Shown here one piece after another: positions 12,172 to 25,039 of a stretch of DNA of 64,000 nt; position 1 is the first letter of the stretch; each line of letters opens with the position of its first letter. Origin of the DNA: Macrostomum hystrix (taxonomy: Eukaryota; Animalia; Platyhelminthes); the NCBI GenBank assembly GCA_950097015.1, contig CATNEN010000038.1, positions 5,890,001 through 5,954,000 on the forward strand, read 5' to 3'. The notes under the pieces were generated by a model. It ran no database searches and was not told where the DNA came from. It saw nothing but the letters and a program-made list of their open reading frames with translations. The position numbers and the translations under genes are program-made.

Positions 12172-12440
12172 TATATTATTACCCAGGCTTTCAGGGCGAT
12201 AATGGGAAAGCCAGAGGGCGCCGAAGGCGCCCGAGGGATTTCTCATTATCGCCCGCAAAGCCTGGGTAATACTGTGATTGTACCATAGACTATGTGGCTT
12301 ATAGTATGTGGCTATACGTTAAAATACACAAAAATAATCCATTATCGGCCCAACTTTTCGGGCCAAAATGACATCGTCTATGGCAATAATCGAATATCAG
12401 CCCGCCCGATAGCCACGTAGTCATGGTACAATTTATATTA
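12172..12440. mobile_element. Non-autonomous hairpin element, Crypton-like
   Basis: 95-nt palindrome 12177-12271 with central gggcgcc-GAA-ggcgccc; second inverted repeat 12277-12299/12411-12432; TATATTA direct repeat at both ends. Confidence 0.55.
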
Positions 12441-13628
12441 GTTGCATTGTAATATGCAAGCTGGGCCATAGACACTTTAACCGTTAGTAAACTTGTTAAC
12501 GTTGTATGCTTCATCTGTTCCACTTTTGAAATAAATGACTCAACTTAGCGCGGTTGAGTTTCTACCATGGACTACTTGCGTTACACGCACGCTGTCTAAC
12601 GTTTAATGCACCGCATTGCGTGTTACAATGGACTTTTATTTGTCAGCAATCACACACTTAAGTTACGCTCTGCTCCTTTTGTCTATGTTCCGCAGCCCAC
12701 GGAGATGCATCTCTGTGGATCCCCTCAGCATGTTTACATATAAAGAAAGTCTTGTTACAAATACACGCACCAAAAGGGACTTCATGTCACACTCCCATTA
12801 AGCATTACTTCGTCTTCATTGAGGCGCAAGCTACAGACACATCACAAAGAACTATGCTTTTTTATTGTGATTGTAGAGAAAAACATTAAATTACTTGCGT
12901 TATATTAAATCTACACCTTGTTAACTCACTCCTAAGGCTTGAGTATCTGCGTACTCGTATTCAAGTAATTTATAAAGAAGACGTGAAACTGAATTATTAC
13001 ATCTTTGCCGAACTAAACAAGCATATGCTGCTTGTGAAAGCAGCCTGCGTTGATTAGAAAGAATAGCGAAAAATTAACTGTGGAATGAAGGAAAATTATT
13101 AAGCCCTCTTATTTCTTATGTCCTACATCACATGCTTCAAGGAAAAGGGATTTGCACTCCAGCGATGCCATGAGAGAGACTGGAAACCGGTTCTCAAAGT
13201 CTAAGAAGACAGCCGCTTGTTTTCCTGAAGCGGAATATGATTCTAATGAGATCTGCAAGTGAGTCTGAGGCAGCCCCAATCCGCAGCTGCAATTTTTTAC
13301 TCATTGCGACGTTTTTTAAGAGACAAAGAAATAGAAAAAGCGTTCGCTCACAGAAGCTTTGCTCATTATTCTTACTTTTTCCTGGCAACTTGAGTTCCCT
13401 ATTCAAATGTGCAACTTCTTCTTGTCCCATTGTTTGTTGGGCGCAAAAAGTTCCCGGAGGGTGTGACATTTTTCAGTGCATAACTTTTTTCATCCAAAAA
13501 ATCGGAGCAGGAGATGACATTGCTTTTTCAGTTACCATTGGATCTAGTGGGACATTAGCTTTTTTAAGATGCACTTTAAAAGTATAAATTTTAATTTCTA
13601 AGTAATCAAATTTAGTGGTTTAAATTAC

Positions 13629-14690
13629 CTGTAGTATTCCTTTCGCAAGATGCCCGCAACAATTAGACACAAGCCGATAAGCATGATGGCTGTCCAGGAG
13701 CTGAGTATTGTGAGCAGGCCGACCGGGTAGGGAAACGTCCTGCCGTTGCAACGCGCTCGCAAATAGTCATTTGCAGACGTGCCAAAAAATACAACAGAGG
13801 TCAGGGTCAGCAAGGTGGCTGATATCAGGTACAGGTAAATGTACAACCGATTGCGCTTGAACAGCTCATCAACCCACAGGTGCCAGATGAAGCCCTTTCG
13901 GAAGATGCCGAGCGCTTTGACCTGAGGCAAAGTGGTCTCGCCGTACAGATCCAGTAGGATGCAGATGGGACTGTTGAAGAAGCCGGGATCTTCTCCGACG
14001 TAACTGGAAACGTCCATTGTGATGCGCTCGGTGATGCCGTCTGCCTCGCTGAGCAGCAGGCAGTTTGGAGAGTGATAGTAGATGATGTACTCAACAAAGT
14101 TTGCGAGCCCGAGGTATACACCCAGTTGAGCGGAGTCATGCCAGAGTCGCAGACCTTGTTAAGCGCGCGGCTCTGCTGCTCTCGGCTGAACAGTCGGTGA
14201 TGAAACAGCGCCAGGAGGCTCCGAATGTCAGCGGACTCATCGGGTGCGACATTGCCCTTCAAGCTAGACATGAACTTGATGGCGCTCATGAGCATGTGGT
14301 AGGCGGTCATGCCGTGCTCTGTCTGCTCATAGAAGGCTATGCCCGACTCGTGCATCAGCAGCAGACAGCGGCGCGCGTTGTAGAACATGGCCATGAAAAA
14401 TGGGTTGGTTGGCAGCAGATGTGCACAATGGAGGCAATCGGATTCCAGGCTTTTTGCCTGAGCCCATCGTCATCGCAACTGCGCAAGAAGGCCCCCCAGC
14501 TGCCGATGCGCTGAGCAAATATTCTCAAATCGATGTCATTATCGTTGGCGAGGCACTTGATGAAAGCCAGCCAGAGCCTGCGGTCCGGAAGGAAGGTCGC
14601 AACGTCAATCGGACGTTCAGCGCTCGACGAGTCCCCAGCAGCTGACTCTGGAGATCAGCTTGATGAGGAATACGAAGTCTTCATTGTCAT
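13629..14690 (-). pseudogene. TRP-like channel, exon 1 (ankyrin-like repeats plus first TM helices), disrupted
   Basis: Ankyrin-like HGMTAYH and DSGMTPLNW, then hydrophobic helices; donor AG|gtaatt at 13629. The coding frame needs shifts near 14470 and 14097 and has an in-frame TGA near 14656. Confidence 0.6.
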
Positions 14691-16590
14691 GAGTAGTTTG
14701 CATAAACCATGAATTTTAGCGATGCGATTGCATTGGGAGTGCTAAATTAAGCGCAGTATAAAATACGGCGATCAACCCTTTTGTCCCAAGCTTCCCATTG
14801 TTTGCTGTGCAAGCAATATTGACCGCGGAGTCACAAATTCATCAGGCTAAAATTGATCTATCCGATGGGCAGCCTTTAAAAGCGGCGATCAGCCCGAGAG
14901 TTAACTAATGCTTTGAAGCCGAACCGCGGAGTTTGATTGGCATCGCCACAATGGGCTACTGAATTACAAACGTCCTCATCTGTTTATTATAGGAGAGATA
15001 CCAATGAGAGATGATGGAGTAAGGCAGACGGAATAGAATTAATGATCAGAGCACTGAGCGATGCTACTCTACCAGCAAATTCCGCTTGTGTTTGCTAATG
15101 GTTGATTACCGCGCACTCTCAGCTCCCTACTGTACCGAGCAAATAATTAATGCCATCTAGCTTTTTAATGAACTTAATTCAATTCAAACTTAATTATATT
15201 ATTTAAGCGCTTTGCTATCGACGGAAGAGTTTTTTCTAACTTCAGAAGAGTTTATGAAGAACTGTCGCTTCTGCTATCGATCTTTGTATTGATGTATTGA
15301 TAAATACAAGCCTTGATTGCTTGATATACACGTCATCTCATTCATAAATTGGTCGATATGTGTATCAATCGTGAAAAAAATAGGCTATGCAAATTGATTA
15401 TTTATGAATAAATTGAAAAACTGTATCAGATAATATCAAATCGGACACACGTCTTGCATTCGACAGTAGCTGCACAATCAAATGAAAACCATGATATTCG
15501 ATAACCTAAGGCTGCAAGTATATGACAAGCGTTCTATAACTCGATAGTTTTTTTCCGAAAGTCAAAGAAATATAAAGATTTATTTATATTTATAAAGTAG
15601 GTGCAACGATACGATAAATATTTCTAAAGTATTTATATTATATAAATATTTCACTTTTTTCACTAAAGAAATAGTGAAATATTCCTATCTCGCTAGCGCA
15701 TTTCTCAGTGAAAATATGCCTCGTTTTTTCCAAGAAACGAAGCGTCCCGTCCTTCTTTTTGTGGTCCTTGCTATAGCTATATGCAGAGCTATGTACGAGT
15801 TTTATGATTCTACCTTATATATACCTTAGTATATATAATATATACCTTGTATACCTTAGAGCTTTATGAGTCCACTGCCCCTCAACTTTATTTGAATATT
15901 CAGGTTTTTACAGGTATAAAAATTTTAGGTTGCTAAAATTGTGAACATGTCTCGCTTTTTAACCCAAAACTTAGTCTAGTCCATATAGTCAATAAGACTG
16001 GTGACTTTAAGAATGAAAGTTTGGATAAAATGTTGAAAAATATTCAAAGAGACAGACTCTTAGTGTCACTATTTACTTTTCTCCATTCAGGCTTGAGTGT
16101 GTTTTAAGTGGGGTCGGTAAAAAATAACACATTGCGTATAGCACCATCTAATTTGTGTTTTAGTATGGCAAAAAATACACGGAAAAGCATCAAACCAAAA
16201 AGCCTTTTTTAGTAATTTACTTGCTGAATTATTTTGACCATTTCTGTAAACTTAAGATATGATTTGTTAAATGCATTCCTTCAGCTGGCGTAGTCAACTT
16301 TTTTAACTTGCTTATTTTCTGCCATTTATTTTCTGGGATCATTTTTAACGTGACAAACAAACTCATGATATTTTCAAAGCGTTTTATTGATAACATTTAC
16401 ATTTTCTTTCCAGTTAGACAATTAAATGTCTGACCCATATTTCTGATCTATATTAGATTTTCTGATTTTAAACCTTCTTGAGTAATTTAATTCACTCATC
16501 TTGATCTGCTCTGTGTTCACGTACATGTATTGTGTACGAATATTTGATTAGTTATGTATAAATTTAAGCACACAATTATTATCTTTCTAG

Positions 16591-16692
16591 GCTTGATTCT
16601 TCTGCATAAAATACAAGCGCTGTACTTTCACATAGGGGAAACTGAAAAAAAGTGTTTTATTGAAGAACTACCAGAAGATACTCTTCTAGTTG
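16591..16692 (+). CDS. TMED9/4-like: p24-alpha / TMED4-9-type cargo receptor, internal exon
   Basis: ag|..[34 protein letters not shown]|gtgag, the diagnostic p24-alpha GOLD N-terminus. Start exon uncertain; candidate signal-peptide ATG at 15716. Confidence 0.88.
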
Positions 16693-17168
16693 GTGAGAAT
16701 TTTGTTAGTTGATTATTTTATGACTGTATTAGTTATTTTTCTCTGTACATGTGCAATTGCTTGTATCTAACACTTCACATTAAGAAATTTTTTTAGTTTT
16801 GATCGATATTTGCTACTGCATAGGCTTGCCTCAGCAATACTTAAGTTTAGAGTATTTAAAAGTGTAAGGAGTGTCATTAAAAATGTTTAATTATATTGTT
16901 TATGTTTAATTACATTAGCTAGCATTTATCTCTGCCAATTAACTTGCAAATCTTGCATTATAAATTATTTAAGAACTTTTGAAAAAATTACTTTCGTTAG
17001 AAAAGAAGAGTCTTTTAAATCTGCTCAACTGCTGCTGTTATCGGAAAACAGAACACGAAACTTTCCTTTCTAAAAATATATAAAAACTTTATTGGTCAGG
17101 AAAGTTAACTTTAATTATACTTTCTTCATCAGTGCCACACTGATTAAAGCTTTCGCAATCCCACGCAG

Positions 17169-17536
17169 GCGAATACAAAGTGGAGATATTTGACAAGCAG
17201 CAGCGTAAATTCGTGCCAACAATCAGCGGTTTGGGGATGCATGTGCAGCTGCAAGACCCCCAGCGTAACGTTGTGATGTCGCGCACATACGCTGACCGCG
17301 GACAGTTTAGCGCAACCTCTCAGTCCGCCGGGGAGCACATTCTCTGCCTCCACTCTAATTCCACCGGCTGGTTCAACACCGGTCAGCTGCGGGTGCACCT
17401 TGACCTGCGCGTCGGCGAGCACGCCCAGGACTACTTGGCCATCGCGGCCAAGGACAAGCTCAACGACCTGGAGCTGAGGATCCGGCAGTTGCTGGACCAG
17501 GTCGACCAAATCTCCAAGGAGCAAAACTACCAGCGG
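17169..17536 (+). CDS. TMED9/4-like: p24-alpha / TMED4-9-type, GOLD and coiled-coil exon
   Basis: cag|GC phase 1 joins the previous exon; GLGMHVQLQDP...GEHILCLHSNST...LRVHLDLRVGEHAQDY...KEQNYQR|gtaaga. Confidence 0.92.
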
Positions 17537-17769
17537 GTAAGAACACCTAGCCCAGTTGGGCCAGATGTACAGCCTGTGGAATAGCGCAGCTACTGCGCGG
17601 AGTTTCCAGAGCCTGTGTACAGCTGTCTAGTCCTTGGACTGGGGATACCAGTTCAAGGAAATTTCTAAATTTCTGGAAATTTCTACTCCAGTCGATGCTG
17701 TTACCAATTTATGCTCGTACAGTTTGGTGAACTAAAATCAATATGAAGCCAATTAGCACACCTTGAACG

Positions 17770-18225
17770 ACCTTGACTTAGCTGCATGGTACTTCCGACC
17801 GGCGGATACAGCGAGGAGGCGGAGGAACGGCCCATAGGGCAGTGCCCCTCAGGGGGATCGACCCGCAGAGGGATCTTCCTCACCGGCAGTGAGGGAAGAG
17901 GTTCGCGTGCCCGGTGTCCCGCAGATACCGGGCGAGCAGATGGATGTTCTCGGGTCTGCAGAAGTGGTAGAGGTCCGGGTCTGGTCCGAGATACTTGAGC
18001 CTGGCCCTGGTGAGCACCGGGCAGTGGCATATGATATGTTCCGCGAGCTGCAAAAAGGGCACCTCTCCTCCGGCACATAGCCTTGGAGGAAGCGGTGACG
18101 GGAGAAGCAGCCATGTCCCGATAGGGCCATGCTGACTGCTCTGAGATCACTGCGGTTGAGCTAAAGGAGAGCTCTGCGCAGCTGGGGGTTGGGGTAGGGG
18201 ACAGCGGCTCTCGCACCATTTCAGA
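17770..18225 (-). mobile_element. LINE 3' fragment (R1/LOA/I-group-like ORF2 C-terminus) in the TMED intron
   Basis: Frameshifted ALSGHGCFSRHRFLQG...RCPFC / AEHIICHCPVLTRARLKYLG matches the LTGHG...CxxC...EHxxCxCP C-terminal zinc domain; GC-rich island in an AT-rich intron. Confidence 0.7.
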
Positions 18226-18312
18226 GTGTTTGTCCACCTACGACAATTAGCAAGTCACAACACATTTCAACTTTGCTTCTTCATTTCCACTTTGATTTAT
18301 TTTTTCCCGCAG

Positions 18313-18462
18313 CAACGCGAAATAATCTTTCGGTTTCTCAGCGAGAGCACGAATAGCCGCGTGCTGTGGTGGTCGGTGCTCCAGACTGGCGTTCTGCTGG
18401 CCACAGGTTTCTGGCAGATGAGGCATCTGAAGTCCTTCTTTCGTGCTAAGAAGTTGGTTTAG
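18313..18462 (+). CDS. TMED9/4-like: p24-alpha / TMED4-9-type, last exon (TM helix and cytosolic tail)
   Basis: cag|[25 protein letters not shown]...[16 protein letters not shown]; FF and KKxx motifs; AATAAA at about 18807. Confidence 0.93.
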   Translation, partial: QREIIFRFLSESTNSRVLWWSVLQTGVLLATGFWQMRHLKSFFRAKKLV

Positions 18463-21400
18463 TGTGTGTTTACATCGATTCGTTGATAAGGAGCTGCTTA
18501 TCGTTAGATTCTAGATTGTTGTTTTGATTTGAGTCAGCCCAATTGTCTCAGTCCAGCTGAATCCTATTACAAAAGTAAATTTCATGCACTCACAGCTTCT
18601 TCATAGTTTTGTTCCTTACTTTTAGCTTTGGACTGGAGTAAGTTTTTAATTATTTTGTTTTCCGTCTTTTTACAAACCGTTGTTGCCAACAATTTGGAAT
18701 CTTTTTCGCATAGATTTTTTATTCCACTATTTTTTATTCCTCGTACGATGTATACTTTTCTGTCTAGCAAAACTTTTTCTCATTAGAAATCTTTATTTTT
18801 TTGTGTAATAAAAATTTAGGTGCTGTCTATCCTTTTGAAGTGCTTAATAAAGACATAATAACTAGACATAATTAATCACGCTCGTACTAAAGGCAGTATT
18901 CATAAAAAATGCGATCTGGATTACAACTGAAAAAATATTCAAGCTAAAAGATCGAAGCTTTTAGTGTCTCTGACTCCTTTCTGACCTCCGCAGGTCAGAT
19001 GTTACTGCCCGCTCAAATGGATGTCATTTCTCTTAATCCAGTTTCCGTTGTAGCTCACTACTATTAGTAGCAATTCTTTGCCAAAGTGGAAGAGTTTGGT
19101 AAACTAAAAAGGCAAATGTCTGAACTGTCTAATATGAAGTTTCGTTCATCGACGGTGGTACTGGCTTAGCCATATTAGAAGGTAGGTAGCCATCTTTGGT
19201 TAGTAAATAGGTGCGTCTGAGCCCTGGTTAACTGAACCTTGACCATACCAGCGAGGGAAATCTCCGGTTCTGGACCTGCGTACAGGGCAGACCCCTCTGC
19301 TCGAGTCGCTCACATTAAGCGTATATCTTGTCAGGTATAGCTAAGGTAGCAACAACAATTACAGCAGCAGCAGCATTTCTCAAGCTTTCAAAGGTCTTTA
19401 CTGAATGCTTACTAATTGTAAATATAGCCTTCGTGCGCTCTCTGTTGCCACAGAGCTATGGAACCTACAGCTGATACTTTGATAGGGCCACCAACAAGCA
19501 ATTGAATAGTTGCAATCATCCATTTGGAAGTCCATGTGTCCACGCTACCGATGGATTCGAGGAGAGGCCGGTGTTGCAGCACAGCTGCAGATCACGAACT
19601 TCGCCATATTTTAAGGTTTCGCCATGCGTCCGAGTGTTCGGCATTCTTTTACACAGAAATGGCAGGCGACTGGCCAATTTCCAACTGCAGTTGGTTAACC
19701 TCTTCCAGTGTAAGTACAAGCGTTACAAATGCCATCTTTTGAAATAAGCATTGTAACAGCTGAGGGAGGTGTTTTATGACCACCAACCGTTCTACTTGCA
19801 TGTATTGTTCGAATGTATTAGCTCTAAATTGATTTATGCGGCTTCAGGTCGGCAGTTAAAGGCATTCAATTCGAGTGAACTACGTGATGTTAGTACTTTT
19901 GACAACTATTTAAACTTGTCCCTTTGAGTGCTATATAAAATTTGCACTCCTGTTCCATGGAAACAAGCGATAAACAGTTGTCAGTCCCTGAGGATTAACA
20001 AGCATAATCTCACCCTAATTAACAACTCGTGTATACTCGTAATTAATTAATTAATTTAATTAATTAACATGTGTATGCACACGTGCGAGTCTGGAGAAGT
20101 TGCTGTTCATGGCTCTCGTGGGCATTGTTACGTGATCAAACACCACCTTTGAGCTGTTTAAAGTGCAAGCTGTGCCTGTCTAAAAAAATTAGTTTTACAC
20201 TTTATCAGCGTCAGTCAAGAGTTGCAAAAAAGTTTTTATTCGAAAAATCGTTTTCGCTTGATGTAAGCTAGATGCTGTTGAAAAAGTACACAAAACACCG
20301 ATGAAGGAAATGTCGGGCAATCGCACAGGGAAAGTCGAGTGTTCACTCACTATCCGGTGCATACCGAGGAGGGCTCGGCAGCAACAGTTTATCCTGTTGC
20401 CTCTGACGCGAGTAGTATGCAAATTCGCACCATCATGACCGCCCTTAGCACGCCATTTATGCAGACAACTGCAGCGAGGCGGGGCAGATGCTGGGGGGCA
20501 GGATCAGATAAGAATTCGGGCATCATTCCACAGTGACTAAACAATATCGTGCCAGCCAAAGAAAGAGATCTACAAGTATGAGTAATAAATCAAAATAGCT
20601 GCTGCGACTCTTTCAGTGAGCTCAACTCGAGAATCAAACATAAGATGAGATATCTGGCTGAGCAGACACCAGAGCAGCTCATGTTTGCTGTGGGAAAGAA
20701 CGGCTTGGGCTGCTTCAGTTAAAGAGCGTCGAACTCTCAAATCGCGCAAATGTACGAGTATTTTACGTTCGATCAGCAGCTGCTTTCGCTTTTAGCACGA
20801 ATAAGAAGAGCAGCTGAGAGTCTGAGAAGGAGGGATCCTTTTGGTAAAAACTGTCTCCGTTGCAGTCTCATATGTAAAATAAGTTGTTTATGATCATCTG
20901 CGCACTCGAAAGAGGTGCTGATTTTTTGTAGATTTTATTTTTAATTGAAACTACGAGTAACAACGAATTGAAAAGGAGTCAAAACGAAGGTAAGAAGGAA
21001 GGAAAAGCGAAAGAAAACAAAATGAAAAGCAATATGAAAAAGTATTTAATTTTGAAGTAGGTCTTGGGGGAATAAAATCAGATTATTTGACATTGCCTAT
21101 ATTGCGTCACTGTATTATTGCAAATATAGTATATATAGTATTAGCATCGTGTTCTCATGCCTAAGTGAAGCCTAAATCTAGTCAGGGCAGCTGTGCGCTT
21201 TCTTTCATTTGAAATAGTATTTTTATGAACAACGCTAGTTTTTATGTTAGTTCTTTACTATCTGGTACACTGGTACATACAGGTATATGCATTTGCCATC
21301 ATCAGTTAGGTTTCCAAAGTTTGGCACAGAGGCCGATATTTCTTGTAAAAAAGCTCCAAAACACACTTTAAGGGAAAATGGACTTAGTTTTCTACTTCTG

Positions 21401-21549
21401 GGCGACACGTTTTACAAATCCTATCATCGTAAGGAATTCTAGGTCTTATTGTCCATAATGTTTGATTATGGTAAATGATAGATTGTAATTGGCTTCAATT
21501 GATACTCGTAAATTTGCGACACGCAATACAACTACAACTGGTCTATCGG

Positions 21550-21820
21550 AATGGGGTCCACTTATCTTGAATTCCACTGCCCAATTGAGCCAGATGTGCA
21601 GTCGACAGCACAGCCGCAGTGATCCAGTCCATGGACTGGGGGGAAGCCACACCGGCCCTTAATTACCCCAGCTGATGCTGGTACCCATTTATCAGCCGGG
21701 TGAACTGAATCAATGCAGAGTTAAGTGTCTTGCTGTGGAGCCACAAATGTTCCAGTGGAGTCGGGAATCGAAACCCCGACTTTCAATGACGTTGTAGTCT
21801 ATTGGCTCGAGCCACAGACT
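21550..21820 (-). mobile_element. CORE-like tRNA-SINE (family B)
   Basis: Minus strand shows a B-box-like gggtttcgattccc, then gcaagacacttaactctgcattgattcagttcacccggctgataaatgggtacc, resembling the conserved CORE-type SINE central domain. Confidence 0.65.
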
Positions 21821-22880
21821 GGCTTGAATGTAAAGACGTCCATAAAAACTAATGAAACCGTTTTGCGGGGTAGTTATCAGGTAGTTTTGCTAAAAAATCA
21901 AATCTTTTTCTTGCAAAAAAGTCTAAACAATATATTCCAGAATGCGGTTGGCTGAACAGGTGGTTTTGTCCTCTCACTTCATTCGATTATCAAAAGTCAT
22001 TCAAGATTCAAAAGCTAGACGATAATTTATTCTAATGATATAAAACATCCATGGTGAGCTAATATACTTTGACAACATATATAAACGACGCCCACCTCAC
22101 TCCATTTATCGATCGATTGCTGCGTCAGTTGTCTTCCTGACGAATCGCACAGCTCTATTCCCAGATCTCGGAGATAATAATAGTCTAATCTTCATAAAAA
22201 TCCCGTTTCTCAAGCACTATCGCTCTCTGCAGCTTTTCCATTAGGAGGAACTCTGATCAGCCATAATTGCTCCTCAATTCTCCCCTCAGCTGTTTATCTG
22301 CCGATCGATTTGGCCGGGTGGAACAGCGCGGCCCACGCAGAGCTGGCGCAGAGCGGAAGCACGGCCGGCAAGCGATGGCAACAACGTGTTGCGATTATGA
22401 AGGCAGTTTAGTAGCGACCGTTTTTACTGGGGACAGCTCAGCCTGCTCAGTCCGCGCCCAAAAACTAGCAAAGAAGCAAAACAGATGCTAATTTTCCATA
22501 TTTCGTGTTTAGCAGCAGTTTCAGACCGACTCCATCTGAGCTGCCCAAGCCGAGCTTATAGCTGTTTACATAGCGATAAAAGGGACAAATGGGCGAACAC
22601 TGGGGGGCACCGAGGGGTTGGGAGTGCAGTTCTTCTTCGACTTCTGTGAATCAGTTTGTTGATCCAGAGATCAGAGATCAGATCCGGTCCGCGGTGCTGA
22701 AAATAGAAGCAAGAGTGTCTGGTGTTATCAAACAAGCGATTGTATGCTTTTGTCTATTTAAATGAAAAAAACTAGCGTAGAAAAAATACATTTAGAATTG
22801 TAAAATAAAATATTTATTCCAACCAAATTTTGATAATGTTGAACTTCTTCCAAACTGTTTGCTCTGCTAGGTTCATATTG

Positions 22881-23660
22881 GAATCGCAGCTGAGACCACA
22901 CAGAATCGCTGCTGAGACCACACAGAATCGCAGCTGAGACCACACAGAATCGCAGCTGAGACCACAGAGAATCGCAGCTGAGACCACACAGAATCGCAGC
23001 TGAGAACAAACAGAATTACAGCTGAGACCACACAGAATCGCAGCTGAGACCACACAGAATCACAGCTGAGACCACACAGAATTACAGCTGAGACCACACA
23101 GAATCGCAGCTAAGAACAAACATAATCACAGCTCAGACCACACAGAATCACATCTGAGACCACAGAGAATCGCAGCTGAGAACAAACATAATCACAGCTC
23201 AGACCACACAGAATCACATCTGAGACCACAGAGAATCGCAGCTGAGAATAAACTGAATCACAGCTTAGACCACACAGAATCACAGCTGAGACCACACAGA
23301 ATCACAGCTGAGACCGCACAGAATCACAGTTGAGACCACACAGAATCACAGCTGAGACCACACAGAATCACAGCAGGTCATTCACACAGAATCACAGCAG
23401 GTCATTCACACAGAATCGCAGCAGGTCATTCACACAGAATCACAGCAGGTCATTCACACAGAATCGCAGCAGGTCATTCACACAGAATCGGAGCAGGTCA
23501 TTCACACAGAATCGCAGCAGGTCATTCACACAGAATCACAGCAGGTCATTCACACAGAATCGCAGCAGGTCATTCACACAGAATCACAGCAGGTCATTCA
23601 CACAGAATCGCAGCAGGTCATTCACACAGAATCGCAGCAGGTCATTCACACAAAACCGCT
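22881..23660. repeat. Compound minisatellite: 22-bp unit, then 24-bp unit
   Basis: gaatcgcagctgagaccacaca (22 bp) to about 23372, then cacacagaatcacagcaggtcatt (24 bp). Confidence 0.95.
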
Positions 23661-24317
23661 AAGGGCTCAGAGAACACACTGAATTGCGACGTGTTATGTC
23701 TGTTTGAATTTTCCACGTCATTACCGCCTCCCAGTTCATCGAGCCAGAGATTTTCTTACAGACCCCTCTGGTAGAGCAAGCGGTTGAGATGCCGCTCAAA
23801 TCGCTTTAAGAACTACATGTAGCTCGCTTCTGATCCCGAGGGGCGAGGTTGGGGCAGGGCTGGCAGTTGAATTTATTAATTATTTAATTACCGCCGCTTC
23901 AACACGCCTGGGGTCTAAGCCTTCCCGGCGAAGTCTCTCCCTCACCGTCTCGTGTTCTCGCCTCCGCTGGGAGCAGAAATTTCATTAGCATACATCCGGG
24001 TAGCAATGGGATTTCTCCAACCAGCCGTGGCGGCATTCTGTAATGAATGGTGGAGGCGTGAAATTCAATTTTCATAGTTCCACTGACTCAACGGCGCTGT
24101 ACGCATTTAAATTGGTCGCCGGATTCGCTCCTGCTTGGTAGGAATAGTGCTTAACTGAGCTTCTAAAACAAGTAAAAAAATTAGAAGCCGACACTCATCT
24201 AAGTGATCTTATTTATAGGTTTCATCAAGTTACGGAAGTCACTATAGCAACAATCGTATGTTGAAACTGAAAATATGAATCACATATAGTCCAAGCAGGT
24301 AAACAAAGCAGTTCTAC

Positions 24318-24548
24318 CCCATTGGCTGGCTAGTTCGTGCACTAACCAGCTCTTTCCTCCTATCCGCTTGTCTATTAGCTCGCGAGTTCGTGCACTAACC
24401 ATGCAGCTCTTCCCTTCTATCCGCTTGCCGATTGGCTGTGCGAGTTTGTGCACTAACCCGCTCTTCCCTCCTATCCGCTTGTCTATTGGCTCGCGAGTTC
24501 GTGCACTAACCAGCTCATCCCTCCTACCCGCTTGCCGATTGGCTGGCG
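24318..24548. repeat. Degenerate tandem repeat, about 55-bp unit, about 4 copies, ATTGG-containing
   Basis: Repeated attggctcgcgagttcgtgcactaacc...ctcttccctcctatccgcttg. Confidence 0.8.
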
Positions 24549-25039
24549 GATCAATTGGGCCTTATTTTTATTCTTAGGCGTCTCGGTGGAGGCACGTCAG
24601 AGCGAGAAAAGATACTGTGCCAGTCTGCAGACACATTAGGCTACGGTGCTAGTTTGCAAGCGCGAAAAGCTATAACCACAGGACAACACAAATCATCACA
24701 AAATTTATGAACGAGGCATAGGTCCGTGTATTTGCTCAAAACCCATTATTCGATCAGTGAAAAACATAAAAAAGCATTTTTAAGATTTGATCAACGCATT
24801 TTTACACTGACAAAATTTACAAAAATAGGCCATTTATAAAATAGTGGCTTTTTAGAAGACGATGTTGCATCGATGTACGATCGTATTACATGCTGCATCA
24901 GGGTGGTTTTAGAAATTTTCTGATATTTAATACCCAATATTCATGCAGAAACCATATCAGTTTACTTCCATTTGATTTCTTCTGGGGTTGTCAAGTTTTT
25001 AAAAAACCCAAATAACTCCCCATTGAAATTGATGGCAGC

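Noticed and set aside
15716-15829. MPRFFQETKRPVLLFVVLAIAIC as the TMED first exon
   Set aside because: Signal-peptide-like, but I found no canonical phase-1 GT donor joining 16591, so it is not called.
19502-19747. Possible C-type-lectin-like fragment (NCSW...PFLCKR)
   Set aside because: Similarity too short; no supporting exons.
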